From: Squalus acanthias
Taxonomy: Eukaryota
Assembly: GCA_030390025.1 (NCBI GenBank)
Contig: CM059433.1
Coordinates: forward strand, 25,980,001-26,044,000
DNA: 64,000 bases
Direction of reading: 5' to 3'
The position numbers and the translations under genes are program-made. Positions 37,306 through 49,572 of the stretch are shown piece after piece. Each line of letters begins with the position of its first letter. The stretch's first letter is position 1. The notes beneath the pieces are model-generated. The model made no database searches. It was not told the DNA's origin and saw nothing but the letters and a program-made list of their open reading frames with translations.

Positions 37306-37464
37306 ACCCCAGATCCCTGTTGCTCACCACATCCCCATCATTCCATCCCTGTCGCAGGCATATCACAGCACAAAGCTGAAATGAGGCCCACCACAAAAGA
37401 ATCCAAACTGAATTACTAAATTTATCAAAAATCAGTGAACACATATTTACAACAAAAATATTAA

Positions 37465-39351
37465 CTATTCACCCTTGTGCAATCCCTTAGTGCTTCTCGT
37501 TACTGTGCCTTTGCCTACTCTAGTGCTCCTATGAAGTGTTGGCCCAGTGGCTGCAGCAGGGCTGGCGGAAGGCTGCTTAGTGTCTGTGCGGAAGGCTTCA
37601 GATGGCCTTGCATGATGCCCTCGACCAGCTCTGGGCCTGGAAGGCCTGGCTGCAAACTGCACCACCTCAGCATGGGTGGCAGCAGACTGGGCTGGCTGGA
37701 TAACAGGCAGCATCAAGGGCAATGGCGGAGTGGCAGTGGTGGGAGCAGGAATGTTGTCATCCTGAGAGAGGACAGCAGGTTCCTGCTCCACTGACCCACT
37801 GCCACTCCCCCGGAGCAGCACCTCAGCATCCCTAGCAATTTGTTGCAGCACATATTGCTGGCCTGCTGCAACACTGTGAAAGCCCCGGTCGATGGTGGTA
37901 GACCCAGCCACGATGGCAGCAGTCAGAGCTTGCATGGAAGCAAGCTGCGATTGGATGCCACCAAGCATAGACTGCATTACAGCACTAAGACGTTGTGTCG
38001 CTTCCACCTGTGCTGCAATGGAAGCTGCCAGATCGCCCATCACACGCGGCATCAGGCCTGGGTCGCCACGGTCTCTCTGGGAGTCTACCATCCTTTTTAG
38101 ACTGGAAATGATGGGCTCCATGGTGTGCGCAGAGCCTTGTGCAATGTTGGAGGTGGACTCCTCCACGTTCCTTATCATTGTCGAGAGGCTTTCAGGCACC
38201 CTTGCAATTGCACCTATCATCTCCGTGTGCATGCCCATCACCCTTCTTCTAAAGGCCTCCCCATCGAGGTCCTCATCTGAGTCCTGTGCAGCAGAACTCA
38301 CACGTGAACTCGCCCTCCGGGGAGCTGGCCCCCGAGCTACCCTTTCCCCTTGTCCTTGCTGCAGCCCACTCGTCCCCGGTGCCTCACCCTGTGCAGATCC
38401 CACTACTATACTAGTCTCTAAAGAATGCATAATGCCAGCATCTGAGCTGGTGCCTGCGGGTGAGACATGCAGTGAACCAATGTGTTCTTCCTCCTCCTTT
38501 TCTCCCGCCTCGCTCTCTACGGTGCCCTCAGGGACAGGCTGCTCAGGTTCTTGCTCATTATCTGAAAGCATAAAGGCACAAGAGTTGGGTTAAGGTGAGG
38601 GGAAGAGGGCAGGAAGGGAGAAATGCATGCATACAGCATGATTAGCTGGAAAGTGCAAAATGTTTGTGGTGTGAGGGGGAAGTGGGATGTGAGAAGAAGG
38701 AGAAGGGATGAACATATTGTTGTTGTCCCCAAGGGGGGTCAACTTCACCAGTGGCCACGGTGCCCACCATCTGGCGCCCAATAATCTGCAGCACTCTATT
38801 CTCCAGCGCAGACAGTGGTTGGGTGTCGGCTTGTCCCGCACCTGTGCGCTCCTGCTCCCTCCTGTTGTGAGCCACCTTGGCCTGCAAGAGAAAGGAAAGT
38901 GTGTGAGTGAGTGTGGAGCAATGTGTTTGGGTGATGTGCCTGCCGTAGTTGAATAGATGTCATTGTGTGCAAGGTGTGAAATGTGGGTGTGAGTGTTGGT
39001 AGGTAGAGATTGTTGGTGGGTGAGTGCTGGGGGTGTGGTGCTTTGGGCAGTGTGTGAAGACTGTGGTTCAGATGGTGGTATGTATCATTTGTTGAAGCAT
39101 TCCCTCACCCTGACCAACCGAATGAGGTCGTTAAATTTCTTCCTGCTCTGTGTGTTGATCCTGGGGACCACAGTGCTGCCCGAGATGTGCTGGGCTACCT
39201 CCCTCCACATGGTGCAGAAGACTTGCGGCGAGGGCCTCCTGCCACTTGCCGGGTAGAGCACCGCCCTCCGTCTCTCCACAGTGAACACCAACGCCTCCAA
39301 TGCTTGATCGCTGAATCTGCGGGCTCTTTCCCTGGGGCGTGGATCTGCCAT
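37465..39351 (-). pseudogene. Myb/SANT-like partner gene of element 4 (exons 39351-39109, 38881-about 38718, 38561-37465)
   Basis: MADPRPRERARRFSDQALEALV...RKKFNDLIRLVR then GTGAG; exon 2 AKVAHNRREQERTG with a damaged donor; exon 3 open. Confidence 0.8.
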
Positions 39352-40012
39352 GAGTACAGCTGGTTGACTCCTCCGGCTCCTTCTCCTTGACCTGCTGCTG
39401 CTTGATGAGGCAGCTGCACAGCCAGCAATGCTGAGAATGAGGTGCTGCAGTATCAATGAACCTCCCCTTTAACTACTGAAAAAAACCTGTGGCAATCATG
39501 ACTTGTGATTAGATTGCACCTGATATTAGTCCACCCTTTGAGTGTAAAGCTTGGGCTTTAAGACTTGAATTAGCGCTCCAATCTTTTGTTTGAGCAGTGA
39601 GCACGAATTTTGTGTGCATTAGTGCCTGGCACTAATTCTCCAACTTTTCTAATTATACCGCCCATTCCTGGGCTACAATGAATTTCTAGCCCTAAGTGTA
39701 TTCACAGACGTTTAAAAGAAAAAGCACTGAGATGAAAGGTGGGTAAAATAGTCACGGGTTAGGCATTAAAGTTGTTTCCTCTGTCTCAGTAATCGATAAG
39801 CACTTCACCCCCATTGTGTTGGGAAGTCCTTGGTCCTGGGTGCTTGGCATTAACCCTCCCCTTTGGATGTGAACATCAGGAGATAGAAATAGAGAGAGAG
39901 ACATACACCAACAGTCAGCTTTTTAAATAGATTCAGAAAGTTAGCATGCAGAAATTATTTTGTTTCAGTTCAGCAAGATGACATGGGGAAGCCTACTGTG
40001 TTCATTAGGCAT

Positions 40013-40463
40013 CAGTCATGGCTCAGTGGTAGCCCTCTCGCCTCTGAGTTAGAAGGTTATAGGTTCAAGGCCCACTCCAGAGACTTGAGCACAAAATCTA
40101 CACTGACATTCCCTGCAGTTCTGAGGGAATGCTGCACTGTCAGAAGTGCCGTCTTTCAGATAAGACGTTAAACAAAGGTCCTCTCAAGTGGACATAAAAC
40201 ATCCCATGGCAGTATTTCAAAGAAGAGCAGTGGAGTTCTTCCTGGTCTCCAAGCCAATATTTATCCCTCAACCAACATTACTAAAAAAACAGATTATTTG
40301 GTCATTATCACATTGCTTTTTGTGTGACCTTTCTCTGAACTAATTGGCTGCCACATGTCCTACATTACAATAATGACTACACTTCAAAAAGTACTTAATT
40401 GGCTGTAAAGCACTATAAACCTGAGTTTGTGAAAGGTTCTATATAAATGCAAGTCTTTCTTTT
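40013..40463 (+). mobile_element. Full-length Deu-type SINE (tRNA-like head, L2-like tail)
   Basis: TGGCTCAGTGG A-box, GGTTCAAGGCCC B-box-like, tail GTGAAAGGTTCTATATAAATGCAAGTCTTTC resembling the L2 3' ends in this window. Confidence 0.85.
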
Positions 40464-40702
40464 ATGTTATTTTGTATTATTGCACAAAGGCAAGTTGTAC
40501 TGATTGAATTAAATAAGTCTGTTGTTCTATCTGTCCACTTGCTATCTGAGAAATAAAACAGCTTAACGATTCGTACCTGGCCTCCTCTTACTCAGTCTGC
40601 AGTCCACCTTCAAAAAAAATTGAGGAGACGCATTTGGGTACATGTACAAAAGACACGAATATCCAGTTCAGTCACAAGGGAATCCTATTGATAGTTCTGC
40701 AG

Positions 40703-40837
40703 TTCTGACTAAAGGTCATCGACCTGAAACGTTAACTCTGTTTTCCTTTCCACAGATGCTGCCTGATCTGCTGAGTATTTCCAGCATTTTCTTTTTTTAT
40801 TTCAGATTTCCAGCATCCGCAGTATTATGCTTTTGCC
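40703..40837 (+). mobile_element. Penelope-like short repeat, copy 2
   Basis: TTCTGACTAAAGGTCATCGACCTGAAACGTTAACTCTG...CCAGCATCCGCAGTA; homologous to 1789-1922. Confidence 0.75.
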
Positions 40838-41101
40838 TATTGTTACACCCCTGGGTTATGCTATCATATAGTTAGACGCCCCTAAACATACGATGCCCTC
40901 ACTGCTGTACCTGAGAAAATATTTAAGGCAAGACCCAAATCTGTAACAATGGGGGGAGATTTGAATTGCTGGGGGAGTTGACCAACCACTTATACTGGGA
41001 GCGATGAGGCCAGAGCTATTTCAAAGCCCAAGCCTGATTAAGATAGAACCAGCAAACTATGGGTGGCAAACGAGCATTCAGATACTGTTTGCCAGATTCA
41101 A

Positions 41102-41422
41102 CCCATCGCAATATTGGGCTGTCGCAATATCGGCCCGTCACAATATCGGCCCATCAAAATATTGGCCATCGAAATATTAGCCCGTTGCAATATTGGGCAG
41201 TCACAATATCAGCCTGTCACAATATCGGCCCATTGAAATATCAGCCCGTCGAAATATTAGCCCATTGCAATATCAGCCTGTCGCAATATCGGCCCATCGC
41301 AATATCAGCCCGTTGCAATCATGGCCATCACAATATCGGGCCATCACAATATCGGGCCATCGCAGTATCGGGCCGTCGAAATATCAGCCCGTCGCAATAT
41401 CAGCCCGTCGCAATATCAGGCC
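41102..41422. repeat. 16-bp minisatellite, about 20 units, consensus CGCAATATCGGCCCGT
   Basis: Head-to-tail units visible directly; many differences are CpG-to-TpG/CpA. Confidence 0.9.
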
Positions 41423-41586
41423 TTGGCAATGTTGTCCATTATTTGAACTCTGCAATGAGATTACTGCTTTGTAACCACTACCAGCTATGCATTATCCTTC
41501 ATATAACTATGTCATTTCCACAATACGATCAACTTCCCAACATTACCAGTGAAGTTACAGCATCAAAATATAAGGTAAGAAATGGA

Positions 41587-42432
41587 GGGGGAGAAATTCT
41601 GTTTCGCCCCATTTGGGGCGCAATTATCGACCGGGCACAAAGCTGAGCGCCTGGCGCTAATTATCGCCTCTGACTGCAAACTTGGCTTCTATCACCCCTG
41701 GAGGTGATTGGAGCGCTAAATCAGGCACTACACACCTCTCTTAAGGCGCTAACCCCGAGGAGCGAGGCGCTATCTCAGAGCGCTGGCGAAGCTCATGTGA
41801 TGTCAGTCAGCAATGGAACACAGACACACTGGCGCTGGCCAGTTCTTCAAGGGGAGGGTCGATCTTGCTCTCCATCCACACCTTGCTCATTGCAGCCTTG
41901 AATCTCGGCCTGGAGAGATCTGTACATCAAATCTGCTGGAAAGAACAATGGAGAGGCCCAGGGAAAGATGTCAGAGTGCAGCCCCCATAGTCTCTTCTAA
42001 ATTGTTGCAAGGAAGATCATATCAAAATGAACCTGCAAAGTGCTGCTCAGTACCCAAAACTCCTCAACACAGCGTTGAATATCTCCAGAAGCCTCTCTCT
42101 CTCACTCAGAATGTGTGGTGCAAAAATGTTGCCTGAAAAAAAAGGCAGGAACCGTTCGCCTTTAAATAGCGCTCCACCATTCCCTTCCCGACTGCAAAAC
42201 ACTCCCCTCAACCTGTTGTTGCTAGCGGCAGGCGGTAAGGCAGGGTGCGCCACTCAATATCCAGTCTGGGGCGCTACCGGGGCGTGGCAGTAGTGTTTAG
42301 CGCCGCCGCAAAATGTCATAAATTTCGCGAGCGGCGCAAACATCGCCACACCCGGGCGCTAGTTGCTTTGCGCCCCATTAGCACTCTCTTAATGCGCTAA
42401 AGGGAGGCGCAAACCAACCAAATTTTTCCCCC
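41587..42432 (-). mobile_element. Non-autonomous deletion derivative of the element-5 family
   Basis: TIRs GGGGGAGAAATT / AATTTTTCCCCC, flanks GGA/GTA; halves are inverted homologues of about 63600-63979 and 59815-60200. Confidence 0.9.
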
Positions 42433-42544
42433 GTAACCTGCACAGGTTGCAAGGCAGGAGCACAAAGCAGGTTCAGACTGTAGTGTAAACAATGAGTTTA
42501 CTTTGAAACACATTCCAGAGCGTGTTAGCTATATAATTCAACAA

Positions 42545-44700
42545 TAACAACAACTTGCATTTATATAGTGCCTTTAACATCCCAAGGTATTTCACAGCAG
42601 CGATTATCAACAGAACATCTTAAAGAAGGAAAGAGAGGTAGAGAGGTCGAGAGGTTTAAGGAGGGAATTCCAGAGCGTAGGGCCTAGGCAGCTGAAGGCA
42701 CGGACAACAATCAGGGATGCGCAAGAGGCCAAAATTGGATGAGCACAGAGACCTCGGAGGGTTGTAGGGCTGGAGGAGATTGTAGAGATTGGGATGGGCG
42801 AGGCCCTGGAGGGATTTGAAAACAAGGATGAGAATTTTTAAATCGAGGCATTGCCAGACCGAGAGCCAATGTAGGCCAGTAAGCACAGAGGTGATGAGTG
42901 AATGAGACTTGGTGCAAGTTAAGATACAGGCAGCATAGTTTTGGATAAGTTCAAGTTTACGGAGGGTGCAAGGTGGGAGGCCAGCCAGGGAGCATTGGAA
43001 TAGTCAAGTCTAGAGGCAACAAAGGTATGGATGAGGGTTTCAGCAGCAGATGAGCTGAGGCGGGGTGGAGATGGACAATGTTATGGAGATAGAAGTAGGT
43101 GGTCTTGGTGATGGAGATGATATGGGATCAGAAGCTCAGCTCCGGGTCAAATAGGACGCCAAGGTTGCGCACAGTCTGGTGCAGCCTCAGACAATGGCCA
43201 GGGAGCAGGACAAAGTCGTTGGCTGGGGAACAGAGTTTGTGGTGGGGACCAAAGACATTGGCTTCGATCTTCCCAATATTTAATTGGAGGAAATTTCTGT
43301 TCATCCAATACTGGATGTCGGACTAACAGTGTGACAAATCAAAGACAGTGAAGGTCGAGCGGTGGTAAGGTAGAGCTCGGTGTCATTAGCGTACATGTGG
43401 AACTTAACGTTGTGTTTTCGAATGATGTCACCGAGGGGCAGCATGTAGATGAGAAATAGGAGGGGGCCAAGTATAGAGCCTTGGGGGACACCAGAGGTAA
43501 CTGTGTTGGAGCAGGAAGAGAAGCATTGCAGGTGATTCTCTGGCTACAACTGGATAGATAGGAATGGAACCAGGCGAGTGCAGTCCCACCCAGCTGGACA
43601 ATGGAGGAGAGGCGTTGAAGGAGGATGGTGTGGTTAACCATGACAAAGGCTACAGACAGGTCAAGAAGGATGAGGAGGGATAGGTTACCATGGTCACAGT
43701 CACATAGGATATAATTTGTGACTTTGATAAGGGCCATTTCAGTGCTGTGGCATGGGCAGAAATCTGATTGGAGGTGTTCAAATATGGAGTTGCAGGAAAG
43801 ATGGGCACAGATTTGGGAGGTGACAACACGTTCAAGGACTTTGGAGAGGAAAGGGAGGTTGGTGATGGGGCGATAGTTTGCAAGATCAGAGGGGTCAAGG
43901 GTGATATGGTGTCGGAAGCTCAGTTCAGGGTCGAATAGAACATCGAGGTTGCAAACAATCTGGTTCAACCTTAGGCAGTGATAGAATCAGTGGAAAGGGT
44001 ATGGAACTTGTGGCAGGGGCTGAAGATGATGTTTTCGCTATTCCCATTGTTTAGTTGGAGGAACTTGCAGTTCCTGCAAGACTGGATGTCAGACAAACAT
44101 TCTAACAGCACAGAGCCAGTGGAGGCATTGAGAGAGATGGTGGAAAGCTAGAGCTGGATGTTCTCAGTGTACAGGGTGGAAGCTGACCCCATATCTGTGG
44201 ATGATGTCACCAAGGGGTACCAGGTAGTTGAGGAAGAGGAGGAAGCCCAGGATGGGAAAAAAAGCCATTTCTGGAGATGCTCTGGCTACAACCTAGCTAC
44301 AATCTGAGAGATTATGCACCACGATGATAGAAGATGTATTTGATTAGGGCCATTTCAGTGCTGGGGCAGGGCAGAAACATGATTGGAGATATTCAAACAT
44401 GGAATTGTGGAAGAGATGGGCATGGATTTGGGAGGCTGCAACGCATTCATGGACTTTGGAGAGAAAAGGGAGAATTGAGATAGAACAGTAGTTTGCATGG
44501 ATCGAGGAGTGAAGGTGGGTTTTTTGAGAGGGGGATAATGATGGAGGTTTTAAAATGAAGGGGCACAGTACCTGAGGAGAGGAGCCCAGTTACAATATCA
44601 GCTAGCATGGGGGCCAGGAAGGGAACTTGAGTAGACAGCAGTTTAGTTGGGGGTTAAGAGGGCAGGAGGTGACCTTATGAATGTGATGAGAGAGTGTGAG
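42545..44700 (-). mobile_element. L2 LINE fragments (two adjacent pieces)
   Basis: NYRPITNLPFLSKVLE, HSTEMALIKV, LLDLSVAF, LHWL peptides; (CAA)n-TTGCATTTATA tail at 42545. Confidence 0.85.
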
Positions 44701-44809
44701 TGGAGATGGTAGAGAAACTAGAAGAGATGCAGGTTCAGAACTTGGGGAACAGGGGAGTTCAGGGTGGTTTGGCTTGGAGGAGAAGGGGAAGCATAAGAGG
44801 CAGCTGAAC

Positions 44810-45630
44810 ACATGCTCCCTCCTCTACATGCTGTCCCTTGGCTACAATCACAAACATAAGCATGGGATCAGTTTCCACATGTACGCTGATGACACCAAAC
44901 TCTACCTTTCCACCAACTGCATTGTCAGACTGCTTGTCCAACATCCAGTCTTCGTCCAGCTAAATATTGGAAAGATCAAAGTCATTGTCTTTGGCCCAAG
45001 CGACAAATTCCATATCCTTGCCTCCAATTCCATTCCCCTCCACGTCCATTCTCTGGCTGAACCAGACTGTTTGCAACCTTAGTGTCCTATTCAACCCTGA
45101 GCTGAGCTTTTGGCCCTATAATCCTCTCCATGATAAAGACCAGCTTCTTTCAGCTTTGTAGTATCACTCTTCCAATACTCTGCTGCTTGTATCCTGCCCC
45201 ACACCAAGTTTTGCTCACCCATCACCCCTGTCCCCACTGACCTGCTTTGGCACCGGTCCTGTAGCACCTCAAATTTAAAATTCTCATCCTTGTGTTTAAA
45301 TCCCTTCAGGGTCTTGCCCCTCCCTATCTCTATAACCTCCTCAAGCCCCCATTCCGTTGACTGTGGCCTCTTATGCATCACTTTTCCCTTCATCCCATCA
45401 TTGGTGGCCGTGCCTTCAGTCACCTAGGCCCCATGCTCTGGAATTCCCTCCCTCAGCTTCTTCATCTCTACACTTCCCCCTCCTCATTTGAGAACTTCCT
45501 TAAAACCCACCTTTTGCTCACTGCTCCTAACATCTCCTTTGGCTCGGTACCCAGTTTTTGATTCTGTGAAGCGCCTTGTGATGTTTCTCTATGTTAAAGG
45601 CACTATATAAATGCAACTTGTTGTTGTTCT
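44810..45630 (+). mobile_element. Decayed L2 3' fragment
   Basis: HGISFHMYADDTKLYLS, IGGRAFS peptides; TATAAATGCAACTTGTTGTTG tail. Confidence 0.8.
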
Positions 45631-46057
45631 GTGCTACTTTAAATTGGACGCACATTTTAAGTCATTAATACAATTAGTGGAGCCCCCTGAATTTCTCAGC
45701 ACTTCAGTAACTTTTTGTCAGGAGTAGTGGACCTCCCTATTAACCTACCTGTAAATGATATCCATATGTATCTATGAAAGGAGGGTACTATCCCAATGCC
45801 CTGGTCTGTCAATTCCCCTGCCCACTGATCTTGTCTTTAGGTGATGGCCAGGTGAATTGTATGAATGTTGGTTCTGATACCTTGGGATTATCAATGTTCA
45901 TTTCAGTCCCTGCCAGTAAGGTATGAAGAGCTGATCTTTGTGTGTGTGAGTGCAGTCCTAATGCCTTGGCGTTGCCAGTATTAGTTCTGGCCCTTCTCTA
46001 TAACCTGCCTACAAGCAGGTGATGTCCGGCTGGGCTGTGTGTGGAGTGCAGTGAAAC

Positions 46058-46251
46058 TGACGTCATTGGAAATTGCCTTTGCTCTTGCTGGATCAGAGCT
46101 GTCCACCCTGGGAGTACTGAAATCACAAATCAGCCGTCTCCACTCTGCAATCTGACAGGACCATCAACACCTTCGCACAAAGACTTCTTTTCTGCAACGA
46201 TCGCATCTCCGTATAGCACAGCCATGAGATGCACATTCTTGGTCGGTGAGT
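46058..46251 (+). promoter_or_regulatory. Candidate promoter and short first exon (CRE, Kozak ATG, donor)
   Basis: TGACGTCA at 46058; ACAGCCATG (ATG 46224) giving MRCTFLV plus one base, then GTGAGT at 46246; CpGs visibly retained over about 46.0-48.0 kb. Confidence 0.3.
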
Positions 46252-46754
46252 GAGGACAAGTTTCTAATGTCACTGGTTGCACTCTTACTGTCAGTTACCG
46301 GAGCATGAACCGAGGCAGGGGAGCGTTTACCAAATAGACACATCTCCAGAAGTGTACTAGTTAAAAGTTTATGTAATAGTTATTTAATGACAGGAATGCC
46401 TGGGTTTCGGATATGACAAAGCATGTCAAGTGTAGAACACTGCAACATTCATTTCCCTATTGAAAGATATTGCCTTTAATACTTCAGCGACTCTAAGTTT
46501 TAATAGCCGTCTTTTAATTGCGATTTCAGCGTTTAGCTCCGATTAAGACTGCTATTCTTGCTATCTTGTATATTAGATTATTATCGGTTCCTTAAACCAC
46601 GTTTCTAAGGGATTGAAGGGAGTCTTCATTGAAACAATACAACTTCCTCGACCTATCCGTCGAAATTGATCAACTTTTAATAGGAAGACCATTGACGCTT
46701 CTTGTATTTGATGAATGGAGAACAGTCCCTATAAGTACATTAACAAAAATAAAG

Positions 46755-46940
46755 GGCTTGCATTTGTATAGCGCTTGCCACGACCTCAGGACGTCCCAAA
46801 GCGCTTTACAGCCAATGAAGTACTTTTTGAAGTGTAGTCACTGTTGTAATGTAGGAAACGCGGCAGCCAAATTACGCACAGCAAGATCCCACAAACAGCA
46901 ATGTGATCATGTCCAGATCATCTGTTTTAGTGATGTTGGT
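46755..46940 (-). mobile_element. Deu-type SINE 3' part
   Basis: Matches 2865-3050. Confidence 0.8.
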
Positions 46941-48402
46941 TATATTTATACTAAAATACACGCAGTGCGCGATTAAGATGAAGGAATATATTTCCAAATA
47001 TGCCATTTCCCGGGGATAAATCCAATTTAGGGAAAATGTTAAAGGAACGCCAGAACTGGGGAAGCTGCTTTGTGCAGTGCTGGTGTCGAGTGCTGGCAGT
47101 GATGTTGTGAAATGGATGCGTTACAAAATGGAACATCCCTTTTAGTAAATTAAACATTCTGTCTGATAACGGAGTCACTCTGCCGGGATGAAATTAAAGT
47201 GGGATGTTTGTGTCTAAATAAATATCGCCATGTTTACTCAAGCCAAGAATAAAACAAGCATTCAAGTGCAACAGGATCGCGCAAGAGACAACCAGAGGTA
47301 ACTTTCTGCAATGGGCAGCTCCCATTAGTCATCCTCACTTAGTAAAGGGCAGATCGCATTAGCTGCTGAAAAGACTATTTCAGGGAGAACAGCCATTTAA
47401 AAAAATAACCACTTTCCCCCAATCACAACCCAGCCAAGAAAATACCCTGAAGGTTTAATCAGGCAACAACTGTATGGAGACATGCACGTGACTCCTCTCA
47501 AAATCAAATGTGTCTGGAACTGAGGGAATTCTTGAGGTGGAATTTGTTTTGACTGTATAATTACATGAGTTAAATTGGGCTAAACAATATTGGCGACAAG
47601 TATGTTAACACTTTGCCCACTATTTTAAAGACGGCCTAATTTGGTCGTTTTAAATGAGTTTATATCTTCAATGAAAGCAAACAAAGGAATTTGATATGGA
47701 TGCAGTGACACATCTGTTACTAATGCCACACAGAGTGATTTTAACACAATGGTTGATGTCAGGGACACCAATTTCTAAGCAGCCGATGTAAGGTGGGGGG
47801 TGTTTGGATGTACGGTTCCTTCACGGTTAAGGTAAGGTCCCGTACACTTCAGTCATCTTCTGTAGTCGCAAGTGGGCATAAAAGGCATATCTTCAGGCAC
47901 ACGATTCAAAACTTCTCGACAATATAAAAGGAATAATGCAAAGAACCCTCGCCCCCCTCTCCTTCGTTTTTTTGCTTGACTAAAATTCAAGAACAAGTTA
48001 AATTAAAAAGTTGCAAAACACTTAAGCGTCTGTTGGGAGAAGAGCATGTTACATTAAGATAAATTAGTACATTGTAAATAAATGATTTGATGGCCAGGAG
48101 AAAGAAAGCGAGCATTAGTGAGCTGTAATAGCCTGCATTCCCAGAACTACCATAGCTGATCAAAATCAGCACCGTGTGAGTGCTTAAACTGCCACCACTG
48201 GCTTATCTCTGCTTTGTCCTGTCCACTAATGGTTAGAATGAATATTCCAGCAGGCTTTATGCTGGAACAAGCAGACTCCAACTCATTAAACCTGGTCACA
48301 AGAAGTATCCTAAAATATGACTGCAATGTTCATAGACATAATAGTCGATCATTTATTACAATCATTGAAATAAGAAGAAAGCAATTTGTCTGTAGAAATT
48401 CT

Positions 48403-48550
48403 GAAAAAAAAAACAGAAAATGCTGGAAATACACAGCAGGTCAATCAATGTCAGAAGAAAAAGAAGAGATTTAATTTTCAGGTCTCAACCTGTGTCTATT
48501 CAGATGTGGACTGACCTGCTGTGTTTTTCCACTATCTACTGTTATTTCAT
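48403..48550. mobile_element. Two inverted decayed Penelope-like fragments
   Basis: CAGAAAATGCTGGAAATACACAGCAGGTCA and TGACCTGCTGTGTTTTTCCACTATCTACTG face each other. Confidence 0.55.
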
Positions 48551-48734
48551 GCAATGTAACTGACTAGCCACTGAGCACTAATTAAGCCATAATGACTGAT
48601 CTCTTGAACTGTGCCAGAAATTCAGGCACTAGGCAGGTCACATTGCAAAAAAGTTTCTCAGTTTTCTGGTTTGCTACAATTTTCTGAATGCATTTTCGAG
48701 GTGGTGAGCCTTTCCCACTGGACATGCATATTAA

Positions 48735-49572
48735 GATCATAAGAACAGGAGTAGACCATTCATCCCCTCGAACCTGTTCCGCCATTCAATTAGATCATGG
48801 CTGATCTGTATCTTAACTCCATCTACCCGCCTTGGTTCCGTAACCCTGAATACCCTTGCCTAACAAAAATCTACCAATCTCAGTTTTGAAATTTTCAATT
48901 GACCCCCAGCCTCAACAGCTTTTTAGGGGAGTGAGTTCCAGAGTTCCACTAGCCTTTGGATGAAGAAGTGCCTCCTGACATAACTCCTTAATGGCCTGGC
49001 TCTAATTTTAAGGTTATGCCCCCTTGTTCTGGACTCTTCCACCAGAGGAAATAGTTTCTCTCTATCTATCCTATCAAATTCTTTAATCATCTAAAACACC
49101 TCAATTAGATCATAGGATTACATAGGATATACGGCACAGAAACAGGCCATTCGGCCCAACCAGTCCATGCCGGCGTTTATGCTCCACACGAGCCTCCTCC
49201 CGTCTTTCCTCATCTAAATCTATCAGCATAACCCTCTATTCCCTTTTCCCTCATATGCTTCTCTAGCCTCCCCTTAAATGCATCCATACTATTTGCTTCA
49301 ACCACTCCCTGTGGTAGCAAGTTCCACATTCTCACCACTCTTTGGGTAAAGAAGTTTCTTCTGAATCCCCTATTGGATTTCTTGGTGACTATCTTATATT
49401 GATGGCCTCTAGTTATGCTCTTCCCCACAAGTGGAAACATTCTCTCTTTATCCACTCTATCAAAATTTTTCATAATTTAAAGACCTCTATTAGGTCACCC
49501 CTCAGCCTTCTTTTTTCAAGAGAAAAAGACCCAGCCTGTTCATCCTTTCCTGATATGTATACCCTCACATTT
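48735..49572 (-). mobile_element. Two stacked CR1 3' ends (48735-49110 and 49111-49572)
   Basis: ORF 49210-49473 is nearly identical to 2149-2412 (RMFPLVGKSITRGHQYKIVTKKSNR); two separate CR1 tails. Confidence 0.85.

Larger units (their letters stand above)
35836..39692. mobile_element. Harbinger element 4 (left TIR missing)
   Basis: Right end AATTTCTAGCCC followed by TAA; transposase on + and Myb gene on -; GGCGCTA-rich left subterminus without a recognisable TIR. Confidence 0.85.

Noticed and set aside
37892..38593. 233-aa plus-strand ORF (also 62348-62809)
   Set aside because: Antisense shadow of the GC-rich Myb exon 3.
40013..40090. tRNA gene
   Set aside because: A/B boxes run straight into a SINE body; no complete cloverleaf or terminator.
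41059..41646. 195-aa ORF, or a CRISPR array
   Set aside because: The ORF is the translation of a 16-bp tandem repeat; there are no unique spacers or cas genes and the DNA is eukaryotic.
45750..46357. Minus-strand coding exon
   Set aside because: Has acceptor- and donor-like ends but stops in all three frames and no recognisable product.
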